DNA of 64,000 nucleotides from an uncultured archaeon (GTDB lineage: Archaea > Micrarchaeota > Micrarchaeia > Micrarchaeales > CABMGC01): NCBI GenBank assembly GCA_963830445.1, contig CAWHMC010000005.1:12357-76356 (forward strand). The letters run 5' to 3'. Shown here one piece after another: positions 9,827 through 19,416 of the stretch. The notes under the pieces were generated by a model, which worked only from the letters and a program-made list of their open reading frames with translations, ran no database searches and was not told the origin of the DNA. The first letter of the stretch is position 1; the number at the start of each line of letters is the position of its first letter. Both the position numbers and the translations under genes were made by a program.

Positions 9827-10131
9827 GAGTTGAGCATCAGCTCTATCTGAACTGTGTCCGGAACCGGGATTCGCATTATCTGACGCAGAGCGGTCTCGCT
9901 GCCGTCTATCTCTACGAGCCACTTGTGTATGCGCATCTGCCAGTGCTCAAACGTGTGGGAGCCGTCGCCGCAGGGCGTCTTGCGCGTGGAGATGTCCAAT
10001 GTGCGCGTGGGCAGGGGGATCGGGCCCTTGAACTTTATTCCAGAGGCCTTCGCAATCTCGATTATCTGGCGCGCGATGTCGCGCGCGTCGTTCTTGCTCC
10101 TGCTTATCAGTTTTATTCGCGCAGTTGGCAT
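9823..10131 (-). CDS. rps10: 30S ribosomal protein S10 (uS10)
   Basis: ARIKLISRSKNDARD...IKFKGPIPLPTRTLDISTRKTPCGDGSHTFEHWQMRIHKWLVEI. It lies directly downstream of tuf, as in archaeal str-type operons. Confidence 0.95.
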   Translation of the reverse strand: MPTARIKLISRSKNDARDIARQIIEIAKASGIKFKGPIPLPTRTLDISTRKTPCGDGSHTFEHWQMRIHKWLVEIDGSETALRQIMRIPVPDTVQIELMLNS

Positions 10132-10143
10132 CGATTCACACTA

Positions 10144-11412
10144 TTACGCTTTCTTGACGATCTCCAGGATGACTCCCGCTGCCACCGTCGAACCCATGTC
10201 GCGGATTGCGAACCTTCCCAGTTGCGGGAACTCGCTGTACTTCTCGCAGCAGATGGGCTTGGTCGGCTTGACCATCACGATGGCGATGTCCCCGTTCTTG
10301 ATGAACTCTGGGTTCTTCTCCATGGTTGCGCCGGTCTTCGGGTCCTTCTTCTCCAGTATCTCGGTTATCGTTGCGGCGATCTGGGCCGTGTGGATGTGGA
10401 AGACCGGGGTGTAGCCCTTGGCGATGGCGGTCTTGTGGTTTATGACCACTATCTGCGCCTTGAACTCGGTGACTATGGAGGGCGGGTTGTTAGCCGGGCC
10501 TACCACGTCTCCGCGCTTAATGTCCTTCTTGTCCACGCCCTTCAGGTTGAATCCGACGTTGTCGCCCGGTCCTGCCTGGGTGAGCTGCTGGTGGTGCATC
10601 TCGATGCTCTTGACCTCTGTCTTGATGCCCTGCGGGTTGATGATTATGTTCTCGCCCGGCTTCATGATCCCGGTCTCGACCTTTCCTACCGGCACTGTGC
10701 CGAAGCCCGAGATGCTGTAGACGTCCTGGATCGGAAGTCGCAGCGGCTTGTCCGTGGGCTTGTTCGGGATGGTGAACTGGTCGAGCTGCTGAAGCAGCGT
10801 GTTGCCCGTGTACCAGGGCATCTTTGCGCTCTTGGTAGCGACGTTGTCGCCCTGCAGTGCAGAGTAGGGAACGAATGCGATCTTCTCGATGTTGTAGCCC
10901 ACCGTCTTGAGCAGTTCCTGTACCTTGGCCTTGGTCTCCTCGAACTTGGCCTTGTCGTAGTTGGCCGCGTCGATCTTGTTCATGCCGACGATCAGCTGGG
11001 AGATACCGAGCACTCGTGCCAGGTATGCGTGTTCGCGCGTCTGCGCCTGTATGCCGTCGACCGTGGAGACCACCAGCACTGCGGCGTCTGCCTGGCTCGC
11101 GCCCGTGATCATGTTCTTTACGAAGTCGCGGTGGCCCGGTGCGTCTATGATGGTGAAGTAGTACTTCTGGGTCTGGAAGTCGCGGTGCATGATGTCGATG
11201 GTGATGCCGCGTTCGCGCTCCTCCTTGAGCTGGTCCATGACGAACGCAAACTCGAAGGATGGTCGGTTATACTTCGTGACCTCGTCCCTTATCTTCTTCA
11301 TGTCCTGCTCTGTGATCGCTTTCGTATCGTAGAGCAAGCGTCCAACTGTCGTAGACTTGCCGTGGTCTACGTGCCCAATGAAAATCACGTTTATGTGTGG
11401 TTTTTCTGCCAT
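10144..11412 (-). CDS. tuf: Translation elongation factor EF-1 alpha
   Basis: GHVDHGKSTTVGRLLY, DAPGHRDFVKNMITGASQAD and NKID motifs. Length is 422 aa. Confidence 0.97.
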   Translation of the reverse strand: MAEKPHINVIFIGHVDHGKSTTVGRLLYDTKAITEQDMKKIRDEVTKYNRPSFEFAFVMDQLKEERERGITIDIMHRDFQTQKYYFTIIDAPGHRDFVKNMITGASQADAAVLVVSTVDGIQAQTREHAYLARVLGISQLIVGMNKIDAANYDKAKFEETKAKVQELLKTVGYNIEKIAFVPYSALQGDNVATKSAKMPWYTGNTLLQQLDQFTIPNKPTDKPLRLPIQDVYSISGFGTVPVGKVETGIMKPGENIIINPQGIKTEVKSIEMHHQQLTQAGPGDNVGFNLKGVDKKDIKRGDVVGPANNPPSIVTEFKAQIVVINHKTAIAKGYTPVFHIHTAQIAATITEILEKKDPKTGATMEKNPEFIKNGDIAIVMVKPTKPICCEKYSEFPQLGRFAIRDMGSTVAAGVILEIVKKA

Positions 11413-11576
11413 GTTATCAACTTCTATTTAAGTAGCAAAGCTGTGGATTCTGATATCAAAGAAAATGGATTCTGCTTTCTTTAATACTAACACTAAGTTA
11501 GTGGTATAGTATAATCGGCTAAGATATTTAAAGCTTTCTTCGGCTTGTATAGGTAGAAGCGGACCGACGTGAACCA

Positions 11577-12017
11577 ATGTTTATATTTGAACCGCACAGG
11601 GCAGGCATAGGGGCTGCGCTGGTGCACAAACGGAAGGTGCTGCTCATAAAGCGCAGGAATGTGCCCCTAATCTCGAATCCGGGCATCTGGTCCCTGCTCT
11701 TCGGGGGTACGGAGAGGGGGGAGAAGCCGCTGGAGACCGCCCATCGGGAGATCTGGGAGGAGACGCGGCTTGAGAGGGAGACGCTGCGCCTGGCCTCGGA
11801 GCCGGTCCGGCTGATGCTCTTCGAGGTGAGGCACCCGGAGGAGCGCTGGTACAACTACTTCTACGTCTTCCACGTCGATACGGACAGGATACGGCTCGGT
11901 TGGGAGAACGCCAGGTACCGGTGGGCCAGTTTTGATGACGTCAAAGAGGACAGGGAGTATACGAACGTCTTCTGCGACCGGGAGAAGGTGGAACGCATGA
12001 TTCGGAAGGCGCTGTAG
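11577..12017 (+). CDS. NUDIX hydrolase
   Basis: Nudix box GGTERGEKPLETAHREIWEETRLE. Confidence 0.8.
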   Translation: MFIFEPHRAGIGAALVHKRKVLLIKRRNVPLISNPGIWSLLFGGTERGEKPLETAHREIWEETRLERETLRLASEPVRLMLFEVRHPEERWYNYFYVFHVDTDRIRLGWENARYRWASFDDVKEDREYTNVFCDREKVERMIRKAL

Positions 12018-12041
12018 ACGCACCGCCAGTATTCCAAAACT

Positions 12042-12530
12042 ATGGAAAAGGATAAAAAGTGGAGCGTTCAGTACTCATCCATGGCGATCAAGTACTGGGA
12101 GTTCGAGGATGCTCCCCTGAAGGAGAAGTTGAGGGAGCCCAGCGTGAAGGAGGTGGCGAAGATCTACTTCGAGAACGAGACCCGAGCCTACAGGTTCGCC
12201 ATGGCGCTCTCAGAGGTAAAGAAGAAGGGCCAGCTGCGCCTCAGGGACTGCGGGCCGCAGCTTCCGCTGGCTACCTGGAAGAGGTATCTGGACTTCGGCG
12301 TGACCGTCGGCATACTCAACCACGAGAGCAGCGCCTACAGCTTCACCGACAGGTACTCGAAGCCGTTCCGCAACATAGCCACCTACATAAAGGCGTGGAT
12401 AGAGGGTGGAAAAGAGGAGGACCTGGCACTTCTTTTCGTGACTGCTAAGACGGGAAGGCAGGCCCAGCGTGGCGGGCGAACCGCCGAAGCAAAGGATGCT
12501 TCTACACCGGCTGCTGAAAATAGCGTTTGA
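12042..12530 (+). CDS. Hypothetical protein
   Basis: 162-aa ORF in a tight gene array. Its stop abuts the convergent cysS. No recognisable motifs. Confidence 0.45.
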   Translation: MEKDKKWSVQYSSMAIKYWEFEDAPLKEKLREPSVKEVAKIYFENETRAYRFAMALSEVKKKGQLRLRDCGPQLPLATWKRYLDFGVTVGILNHESSAYSFTDRYSKPFRNIATYIKAWIEGGKEEDLALLFVTAKTGRQAQRGGRTAEAKDASTPAAENSV

Positions 12531-13976
12531 TTAAGAAGTGGAGGTCGTAGTATACCAGGCAGTACCTTCCTTTGTGTCCTCAACCATTACCTTGAACTCG
12601 TCCCTTAATTTATTCCTGAGCTCGTCCGCCCTCTTGAACTCCTTTTCCTTCCTTGCCTGCTCGCGTTCCTCTATTAATTCAGCTGCGCCCTTTGGAAGTT
12701 CGGTGCTCAGGTGCTTCTCGAAGTCGAGCCCGAGTATGGAGTCGAACTCTACAAGTATCTTGAGCACCTGGGCGGCGTCTCTCTTTCCCAGCTCTGTGCC
12801 TCTCTTCTTCGCCAGGTTGAGGAGCTCGTGCATCCTAGAGACCGCAACGGGAATGTTGAGGTCGTCCTCGGCGCTCCTGAAGAACTCATCGCGCAGCGCC
12901 TCCGCCGCTTTCTGGAACTCCTCGTCGTTCTTGCCCCTGTCGCTTATCGCACTCAGCTTGCCGATGGTTGCGTAGACCGACTTGAGCGCATCCTCGGAGT
13001 GCTTGACATTCTCGAATGTGAAGTTGGCGAGGCTGCGGTAGTGGTTGTTGAGCACGAAGAACCGGTAGCCCAGCGGCGTGATCCCCTTCCTGTGCAGGTC
13101 CGTGAGAGTGTATATGTTCAACAATGACTTCGCCATCTTCCTGCCGTCCACCATCAGGAACTCCCCGTGCATCCAGTAGTTCACGAACTTCTTGCCTGTC
13201 GCAGCCTCCGACTGCGCTATCTCATTGGGATGGTGTATGGGGATGTGGTCGGCGCCGCCGCAGTGGATGTCGAAGTGCTCGCCCAGGTAGTGCATGCTCA
13301 TCGCGCTGCACTCGATGTGCCAGCCCGGGACGCCGTGCCCCCACTTCGTGTCCCAGACCATGTCCTTCTCCTGCTCCGAGGCCGTGCGCCAGAGCGTGAA
13401 GTCGGTTATGTTGCGCACGCCGTCGGGCCTCTCGACCCTTGCGCCCGCCTGCTGGGTCTCGTTGAGCTCCTTGAAGGTGCGCCCTGTCAGTTCGCCGTAG
13501 CTCTTGAACCTGGAGGTGTCGAAGTAGACACCGCTTGGGAGGTTGTAGGTGTAGCCTTTCTTCTCAAGTCTTTCTATCAGCTCGAGCATCAGTGGGATGT
13601 GTTCGCTCGCCGGGCAGAGGATCTCCGGCATCAGGATGTTCAGCGCGGTGACGTCCTTGAGGAAGGCCTGGGTGTAGAAGCGTGCGATCTCGTGCGGGGT
13701 CTTGTGCTCCTTTCGCGCCTCCTCCCTCACCTTGTCCTCCGTCTCCGATGCGTCGCCCGCGTTATGGCCCACGTCGGTCACGTTCATCACGTGCCTTACC
13801 GAGTAGCCAGCGTGGGTGAGCGTGCGCTTGAGCACGTCCTCGAAGACGTAGGTGCGCAGGTTTCCGATGTGCGCGTAGAAGTAGGCGGTGATGCCGCAGG
13901 TGTACAGCCCGACCTGCTTCCCAGTAATGGGCTTGAACTGCTCCTTCCTGCGCCCCAACGTGTTGAAGATCTGCAT
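12531..13976 (-). CDS. cysS: Cysteinyl-tRNA synthetase
   Basis: Class I HIGH-type motif [10 protein letters not shown] and KMSKS-type motif [17 protein letters not shown] is typical of CysRS. Confidence 0.93.
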   Translation of the reverse strand: MQIFNTLGRRKEQFKPITGKQVGLYTCGITAYFYAHIGNLRTYVFEDVLKRTLTHAGYSVRHVMNVTDVGHNAGDASETEDKVREEARKEHKTPHEIARFYTQAFLKDVTALNILMPEILCPASEHIPLMLELIERLEKKGYTYNLPSGVYFDTSRFKSYGELTGRTFKELNETQQAGARVERPDGVRNITDFTLWRTASEQEKDMVWDTKWGHGVPGWHIECSAMSMHYLGEHFDIHCGGADHIPIHHPNEIAQSEAATGKKFVNYWMHGEFLMVDGRKMAKSLLNIYTLTDLHRKGITPLGYRFFVLNNHYRSLANFTFENVKHSEDALKSVYATIGKLSAISDRGKNDEEFQKAAEALRDEFFRSAEDDLNIPVAVSRMHELLNLAKKRGTELGKRDAAQVLKILVEFDSILGLDFEKHLSTELPKGAAELIEEREQARKEKEFKRADELRNKLRDEFKVMVEDTKEGTAWYTTTSTS

Positions 13977-13994
13977 GCAATGAACTCCTGCGCG

Positions 13995-14762
13995 TCAGCT
14001 TTGGTTGAGCACCGCCTGATCTATGAGTATACCCGGCGAGGCCACCGGGGTGCGGCCCAGGTAGAAGCCCCCAACTGCGATATCATCATACTGAGTGCCA
14101 TGGCCGCCGAGCACGTCGGCTACCACGCGTATCGAAACGTTGCTGCATAGTAATGAGGCGATCGGGATGCTGGCGTTGAAGAACGTGCTTGCATTCTGCC
14201 CGCTGTTGCCGAAAGTGTTGTAGAACGCCTTTATCGCAGGCTTTCCGTTCTTTATCAGCTCGACATAGAGGTTGTTGTTCTGCGGTGAGATGATCTGGAA
14301 GTTCAGGTAGGGCTGCGTAACCTCGAAGGGTGCGGATGTGAGGTTTCCTGTGGTCAGGCCGATGCCGCCGGCATAGGTAGAAGCGAAGAACGTGCCGCCC
14401 AGATAGTCGGCCCAGGGCGAGCTGTAGTAGTCGTTGTTCTTGTTATTGTAGGTGATGTTCTGCGGGGCTGAGCCGAAGCCCGTGCCATTGGTCGTCCAGT
14501 CCGCATAGGTGCCCGTGCTGAAGGCGCCGTTGGCCACAGATTGAGTGAGGCTGCTGGAGAGGCATCCCTGGTAGTTTATGATCGTGGTGGTGGGTACCGT
14601 GGGCGGCAATGTGGTCGCAGCCGTGGAGGTGGTTGTGGAAGTGGAGGTGGTGAAGAAATTAGTGGTATGCGGTACCGCTCCTACGGATTGGAGGAGTAGG
14701 AAGATGAGCACTGCCGCAACGCACAGCGCAGCAACAATCAGTACGGCGGTCCTGGAGTTCAT
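13995..14762 (-). CDS. Secreted or anchored Thr-rich protein with a jelly-roll/lectin-like C-terminal part
   Basis: N-terminal TM or signal segment MNSRTAVLIVAALCVAAVLIFLLL, a Thr-rich linker (TTSTSTTTSTAATT), many sequons, and the tail DDIAVGGFYLGRTP. The longer ORF reaches 14792. Confidence 0.55.
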   Translation of the reverse strand: MNSRTAVLIVAALCVAAVLIFLLLQSVGAVPHTTNFFTTSTSTTTSTAATTLPPTVPTTTIINYQGCLSSSLTQSVANGAFSTGTYADWTTNGTGFGSAPQNITYNNKNNDYYSSPWADYLGGTFFASTYAGGIGLTTGNLTSAPFEVTQPYLNFQIISPQNNNLYVELIKNGKPAIKAFYNTFGNSGQNASTFFNASIPIASLLCSNVSIRVVADVLGGHGTQYDDIAVGGFYLGRTPVASPGILIDQAVLNQS

Positions 14763-14885
14763 ATAGCCACACGAGTAAATAGATAGCCGCAAGTATTATT
14801 ATACTTGCGCAATAATTCTATAACCGCATTCGGTCATGGTGTTTATCTGGGTAGCATACCAAGAAAATGGAAGAAGAAGGGACGG

Positions 14886-14960
14886 ATGCGCTGGAAGTGG
14901 GTAAAGAAACGCAGAAAAAGGATCAAGCGGGCCCAGAAGCGCAGAGTAGGCGAGTTGTAA
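14886..14960 (+). CDS. rpl41e: Ribosomal protein L41e (24-aa micro-ORF, absent from the ORF track)
   Basis: Translates to [24 protein letters not shown] followed by TAA. This closely resembles eukaryotic L41 ([25 protein letters not shown]). The same frame upstream reads ...[10 protein letters not shown] but has no canonical start. Confidence 0.6.
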   Translation: MRWKWVKKRRKRIKRAQKRRVGEL

Positions 14961-14965
14961 CTACC

Positions 14966-15406
14966 TTAGGTTGGTCTTACAGACTGCTTCAGCGGAGCGG
15001 CAGCGGGAGATTGGAAGAATTTGCGCTCAACCTTCTCCCCGATTCTTCGGATGGTGGAGATCATCCAGGCGTTGTGGGAGATGTCCTCTGCGGAGTTGCC
15101 CCAGCGCAACAGTCCGCGTAGCACGAATACTGAGAGTCCGAAGTGCCTGTAGTTCGAAGCCATGCTGTTTATTTCAGAGGTTGGACCGTGGTTCTCTTGG
15201 ACCAATAGCCTGCGGGCGTATTTTATCATTGGATCAAATCTATCCAAAGCGGTGAGGGACACTGTTATCTCGAATTTTGCAATGTAGGAATGTGTCCGGA
15301 TGTACCCTTGTTCAGAGGGCAGGTTAGTCTCTTCTTTGATGGTAAGGTCGGAAGTGTATCTGCTTATCCGCTCCGTGTGTTTTGTAGGCATTATCTCACT
15401 ATTCAT
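14966..15406 (-). CDS. Hypothetical protein (downstream gene of a two-gene cassette)
   Basis: 146-aa ORF whose start directly abuts the stop of the upstream ORF (15406/15407). No recognisable family. Confidence 0.5.
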   Translation of the reverse strand: MNSEIMPTKHTERISRYTSDLTIKEETNLPSEQGYIRTHSYIAKFEITVSLTALDRFDPMIKYARRLLVQENHGPTSEINSMASNYRHFGLSVFVLRGLLRWGNSAEDISHNAWMISTIRRIGEKVERKFFQSPAAAPLKQSVRPT

Positions 15407-15838
15407 CTAGGCCCTTGCCACATTGAGTTTCTGGCGCAGTTCTGCAACCGGGGTTTCTGTGGATGTGGACTTGAAACATTCCGTGTCCAGATGCATGGCG
15501 AGGCTAGTTATGAGTTTCAACACGTCTTTGTCTAAATAGGCCCCGCCGTTCAGGCCGGAACTTACCGAGACTTTGATGAAACCGGGATCAGCAAGCGGCA
15601 TTCCAGACGTGCTGAATGACAAAGATACATCTTCCGCTGCCGCTGGTGTCGTCTTCCCGTTCTGGACCGACTCTCGTATAAAATTTCTTGTCAGGACGCG
15701 TAGGTGCTCCAGGCGCAGCAAGTATACCTCATTGAGCGGTAGCAGTAGGTTGTACTTCGCCATGCTTTCGCTCGTTTCCATGTGCCCGTGGCTGAGGAGC
15801 GGGGCTATGACTTCAGGCTTATTCTTCTTTACCGGCAT
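15407..15838 (-). CDS. Hypothetical protein (upstream gene of a two-gene cassette)
   Basis: 143-aa ORF with a TATA-like CTTATATATC about 38 nt upstream. No recognisable family. Confidence 0.5.
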   Translation of the reverse strand: MPVKKNKPEVIAPLLSHGHMETSESMAKYNLLLPLNEVYLLRLEHLRVLTRNFIRESVQNGKTTPAAAEDVSLSFSTSGMPLADPGFIKVSVSSGLNGGAYLDKDVLKLITSLAMHLDTECFKSTSTETPVAELRQKLNVARA

Positions 15839-15892
15839 TGGCTCTCCTTGATGATAGGCAGGTGTTTGTCCAGATATATAAGTCTAGCTGGA

Positions 15893-16489
15893 TTAGGCCA
15901 GGGTGCGGGTCTGGTACCTTCCTCTTCGCTCGATCGACTCGAGCCTCTTCAGCGCCTTTGCCGAATCAACATAGGCCTTGGAGTAGTAACTTATGAAGGT
16001 GGCGTACTGCGTTTTTGTTATGGAACGTTTCATGAGTAGTAGATCGAGCGCCTTCTCTTCCATGCTGTTCGTGACTTCCGAAAGTCCGAAGTCTATCACG
16101 ACCACCCTGCCTTCCGTCACCATCAGGTTCGCCGGCGTGAAGTCGCCGTGGGCAACATCGGCCCTGTGCATTGCAGCCAGCACTCTCCCTGCCTGCGTGA
16201 AGGTCTTCGCGTCTGGATTTTTGACGTCCTTGAGCAACGTCCCGTTTATCCGTTCCATGTATATATCAAATGTCCCGACGGCTATGAGCGCAGGAACTGG
16301 AACACCGGCTTTGCCAAGTCTGGCCAGTATGCGCGCCTCACACTTTGTCCTTGCCCTACGGATCTCCTGATCGAGCGCAGGTATCCGGTAGGCCTTTGCC
16401 TGCCTCTCTTTGACCACCACAGCGTAGCCGAATATTTTTGCGGCGTAGATACGCGACTCCGCGCCTTCGTTCAGCAGTGCTCTATTCAT
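15893..16489 (-). CDS. bud32: Bud32/PRPK-type small kinase of the KEOPS complex
   Basis: GAESRIY glycine loop, VVVKER lysine, HGDFTPANLMV catalytic loop and VVIDFGLSE. It overlaps the kae1 3' end by 8 nt. Confidence 0.9.
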   Translation of the reverse strand: MNRALLNEGAESRIYAAKIFGYAVVVKERQAKAYRIPALDQEIRRARTKCEARILARLGKAGVPVPALIAVGTFDIYMERINGTLLKDVKNPDAKTFTQAGRVLAAMHRADVAHGDFTPANLMVTEGRVVVIDFGLSEVTNSMEEKALDLLLMKRSITKTQYATFISYYSKAYVDSAKALKRLESIERRGRYQTRTLA

Positions 16490-17453
16490 GTATAACCATC
16501 TCGTCTATCCTATATCTCTGCTTTATGTCGCACTCGCTGGGCTTCACTGCCCCATACTTCATCGTCTCCTCCCCAAGGAGCGCGATCATCGCACCGTTAT
16601 CGGCGTTGTACTCGTTCGGGGCACGGCCAAACTTCATCCCATGTGACTTTGCCACCGACTCCAGCATGCCTGCAAGAGTGTCACTCTGCGCAACGCCTCC
16701 ACACACGGCGAGTTCGGTGCTGTTGGTGAGAAGGGCGGCGCGTTCGGTAGCTTCGCAGAGCATGGAGAATGCGGTCTGTTGCATTGAGTAACATAAATCC
16801 CGCGGATTCTCCTTTCCTATCAGAGAACTTGTTCGCGTAAGCAGACCGGTGAATGCGAAGTCCATTCCCTTGACCGTATAGGGCAGCCTTATGTAGGAAC
16901 CCCCCTGGCCCATCTTCTCGACGGTGGAGCCCCAGGCCGGATTGAGTTTGAGATTGCGCGCAAACGCATCCAGCATGTTGCCCACTCCGACATCGAATGT
17001 CTCGCCTAGAATTGCGTATCTGTGGCGTTTCTTATCCAGCTTCAGGATCTGCGAGTTGCCACCGCTGACGTACAGCGTAAGCGGATCCTTCAGCTTGGCC
17101 GCGTGGCGCGTTATCTCTACATGTGCAACTCCGTGATTGACGGGCACAAGCTTTACGCCCAACCGGATAGCGAGAGTTTTTGCGGAGAGCATGCCCACGT
17201 GCAGGCAGGGCCCTAAACCCGGGCCCATTGTGTAACTCACTGCCTTTATATCATCCAGATTTATTTTTGAGGCGTTGATTGCGCGTTCTATGACGAGCGC
17301 CGCATTCTCGACGTGCGTGGCGGCCACCTCTGCCGGAATCATTCCGGTGCGGCCTATCCTGTACATCTCCTTCTCGTTGGCCAGAATGCGCCCTTTCTCC
17401 ACTACCCCTACGCCAAAAGTATGTGCGCTGCTTTCAATGCCTATTACCGCCAC
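16482..17453 (-). CDS. kae1: tRNA N6-adenosine threonylcarbamoyltransferase Kae1
   Basis: IGIESSAHTFGVGVV, PVNHGVAHVE (metal-binding His pair) and VCGGVAQSDTL. Length is 323 aa. Confidence 0.93.
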   Translation of the reverse strand: MAVIGIESSAHTFGVGVVEKGRILANEKEMYRIGRTGMIPAEVAATHVENAALVIERAINASKINLDDIKAVSYTMGPGLGPCLHVGMLSAKTLAIRLGVKLVPVNHGVAHVEITRHAAKLKDPLTLYVSGGNSQILKLDKKRHRYAILGETFDVGVGNMLDAFARNLKLNPAWGSTVEKMGQGGSYIRLPYTVKGMDFAFTGLLTRTSSLIGKENPRDLCYSMQQTAFSMLCEATERAALLTNSTELAVCGGVAQSDTLAGMLESVAKSHGMKFGRAPNEYNADNGAMIALLGEETMKYGAVKPSECDIKQRYRIDEMVIHE

Positions 17454-17462
17454 GGTCCCACT

Positions 17463-18581
17463 TCATCGGAGCATGACTTCCCCTAGCTTGCCCTTCAGCT
17501 GCTCGCGCTTCTTCCGGTGCTCGTCTAGGAATGCATTGATTGTTGCTGCGAGGTGCGCCTTGTGCTCGCCTGCAAGCATCGTTCCGTTGCGCTCCGCGTC
17601 AAAGATAGCCTTGAGTTTCTTGTCGTCAGGCTCGAAGAAGAAGCGGTAGTACTGGCACACTGCGCACTTGTCGGGATCGCCGCCAAACTTCTTCTGCAAC
17701 TCCGCGGTGTCCTGCTGGCCTGTGATTGCGCGGTTGACTTTTTTCTTTACTACTTCGGGAGTGTCGTTAAGGTAGATGGTGTTGTCCGGATCGCTCGAGG
17801 ACATCTTCTGCTGGCCCTTGAGTCCGGGCATGAACTTGCTGTGCATGATTGCCGGTTTGTAATAGCCCATCTTGTCTATGACGTCCCTCGCGACACGGAA
17901 GTGTACGTCCTGGTCTATGCCAAGGGGGATGAGACAGGGCACGTTCTTCCCGTCCTCCACGGACTTTATGAATGCACCCACCGCCTGCAGGCTGGTGTAG
18001 AAGATTGCGCCGATGTTGGTCTCGTTCGTGTACCCGAACGCATCTTTTATCGTGGAGAAGGTGATGTGCTTGGCGACTCTCACCCCCTGCTTGTACAGGA
18101 AGTTAGCGTAGTCGGTGTCGACGAATATCTTCGTTTTCTTCCGGTCGAATCCCAGCGCCATTATGCTGAGCGCATCGTCGTAGGCGAGCTCGTGCATGCG
18201 CTCAAGCGTTATTGTAGGGTCCTTCTTGTTTAGGAACTTCTCCTCGTCGGGAATCTGGATGTAGACCTCTGCTCCGAAGCGTTCCTGCAGCCATCGCGCC
18301 ATGGTGAAAGAGAGGAGGTGTGCTACGGTCATTGTGCCTGAAGGTGCTATGCCAGTGTATACGTAGAACTTGTTTCCTTTCTCGTATTCGTCGAGCAACC
18401 AGTTAAGATCGCGCTGGGCGAAGTAGATGCCGCGCCTTATCATGAAGTTGGACTCACCAGCTAGGCGTTCGATCCTGTGCTGCAGCTCCTTGTCCATGAG
18501 GCCTATGCCGAACTGCTTTACCAGCTCGTCGTAGTCGACCTTGCCCTTAACGTCGTAGGGGTTTACCTCGAATTGCGCCAT
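17463..18581 (-). CDS. trpS: Tryptophanyl-tRNA synthetase (archaeal/eukaryal type)
   Basis: FYVYTGIAPSGTMTVAHLL, CLIPLGIDQDVHFRVARD and KMSSSDP. The overall pattern matches the eukaryote-like TrpRS family rather than TyrRS. Confidence 0.88.
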   Translation of the reverse strand: MAQFEVNPYDVKGKVDYDELVKQFGIGLMDKELQHRIERLAGESNFMIRRGIYFAQRDLNWLLDEYEKGNKFYVYTGIAPSGTMTVAHLLSFTMARWLQERFGAEVYIQIPDEEKFLNKKDPTITLERMHELAYDDALSIMALGFDRKKTKIFVDTDYANFLYKQGVRVAKHITFSTIKDAFGYTNETNIGAIFYTSLQAVGAFIKSVEDGKNVPCLIPLGIDQDVHFRVARDVIDKMGYYKPAIMHSKFMPGLKGQQKMSSSDPDNTIYLNDTPEVVKKKVNRAITGQQDTAELQKKFGGDPDKCAVCQYYRFFFEPDDKKLKAIFDAERNGTMLAGEHKAHLAATINAFLDEHRKKREQLKGKLGEVMLR

Positions 18582-18642
18582 CTAACCAAAAGGAATTAGC
18601 AATAATAAACTATAAATGCGTGCTGCAAGAGCAGGGCTTTGC

Positions 18643-19377
18643 TTAGTAGTACGAGCCTGCTACAACCTCCGTGCGGGCCTCCTGGACCGCATCGTGCTGC
18701 ACTTTGAGCGCCTCACGCGCTTTCCTGCGTTCCGCTCTGCGCAGCGCCTTGAAGGTCTTGCGGGCGTCCTTGCGTGCCTCATTGATTACCTGGTCCACGC
18801 CCTTGTCCTGCTCGGTCCGCGGGTCGAGGTGTACTCTTAGTTCATGGCGCTCGCGCTCGAGCTTCTTTATCTGTTTCTCGGTCTTCTCGGACTTGTAGCC
18901 GTCCCGCAGCGCCTTGTAAATCGGAAGCACTACCCGCAGCCCTCGCGCAGATGCGGCGAGTATGCCGGCTATGGTGGCGGTGGCGGTGAAGCCGTTATGG
19001 AGGACCTTTTGCATCAGGTTCTGGCCCCAGTCGGTCGTAGCGACCTCTATAAGGACTGCCGGAATCGCAACAGCAGCGGCTGCCTCTAGTCTCCTTAGGG
19101 GCTTGAGGGCGGCCTTCATCCTGAATGCATTGTGCCTGTGCTCCTTCGCCTTCTTGCCCAGGTGCTTCAGCTCGTGGTTGAGCAGCTTCATCTCACGGCG
19201 ATAGGCCACGATCTGATCGGGATTGTCCCTAGCGAGCTTCTTCAGTTCTCTGTGGTTCAGGGCATGGTAGCCGCTAGCCTCGGGTTGTTCCCTTCCCTTA
19301 GTCTCACGCACTAGTAATACTGCCACTTTTCCACCGATTATATTACTGATTTTCTGATATATAGTATTACTCTGCAA
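18643..19377 (-). CDS. Hypothetical charged/coiled-coil protein with a central hydrophobic segment
   Basis: 244-aa ORF starting at TTG. Lys/Arg/Glu-rich helices flank AAAAVAIPAVLIEVA...ATIAGILAASA. No family assignment. Confidence 0.4.
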   Translation of the reverse strand: MQSNTIYQKISNIIGGKVAVLLVRETKGREQPEASGYHALNHRELKKLARDNPDQIVAYRREMKLLNHELKHLGKKAKEHRHNAFRMKAALKPLRRLEAAAAVAIPAVLIEVATTDWGQNLMQKVLHNGFTATATIAGILAASARGLRVVLPIYKALRDGYKSEKTEKQIKKLERERHELRVHLDPRTEQDKGVDQVINEARKDARKTFKALRRAERRKAREALKVQHDAVQEARTEVVAGSYY

Positions 19378-19416
19378 AGCTAGGGAAAACTTCCACTACA
19401 AGCGCTTTTTAAAAAG

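Noticed and set aside
9925-11484. 519-aa plus-strand ORF, the longest unexplained ORF in the track.
   Set aside because: It is the antisense shadow of tuf (10144-11412), whose product is unmistakably EF-1 alpha. The plus-strand translation is low-complexity (Leu/Val/Asp/Arg/Gly-rich) with no motifs. Long antisense ORFs are expected in GC-rich coding DNA.
14867-15121. 84-aa plus-strand ORF ([18 protein letters not shown]...).
   Set aside because: It overlaps the L41e micro-ORF in another frame and then runs antisense into the 3' end of 14966-15406. It has no motifs. The basic L41e reading explains the same DNA better.
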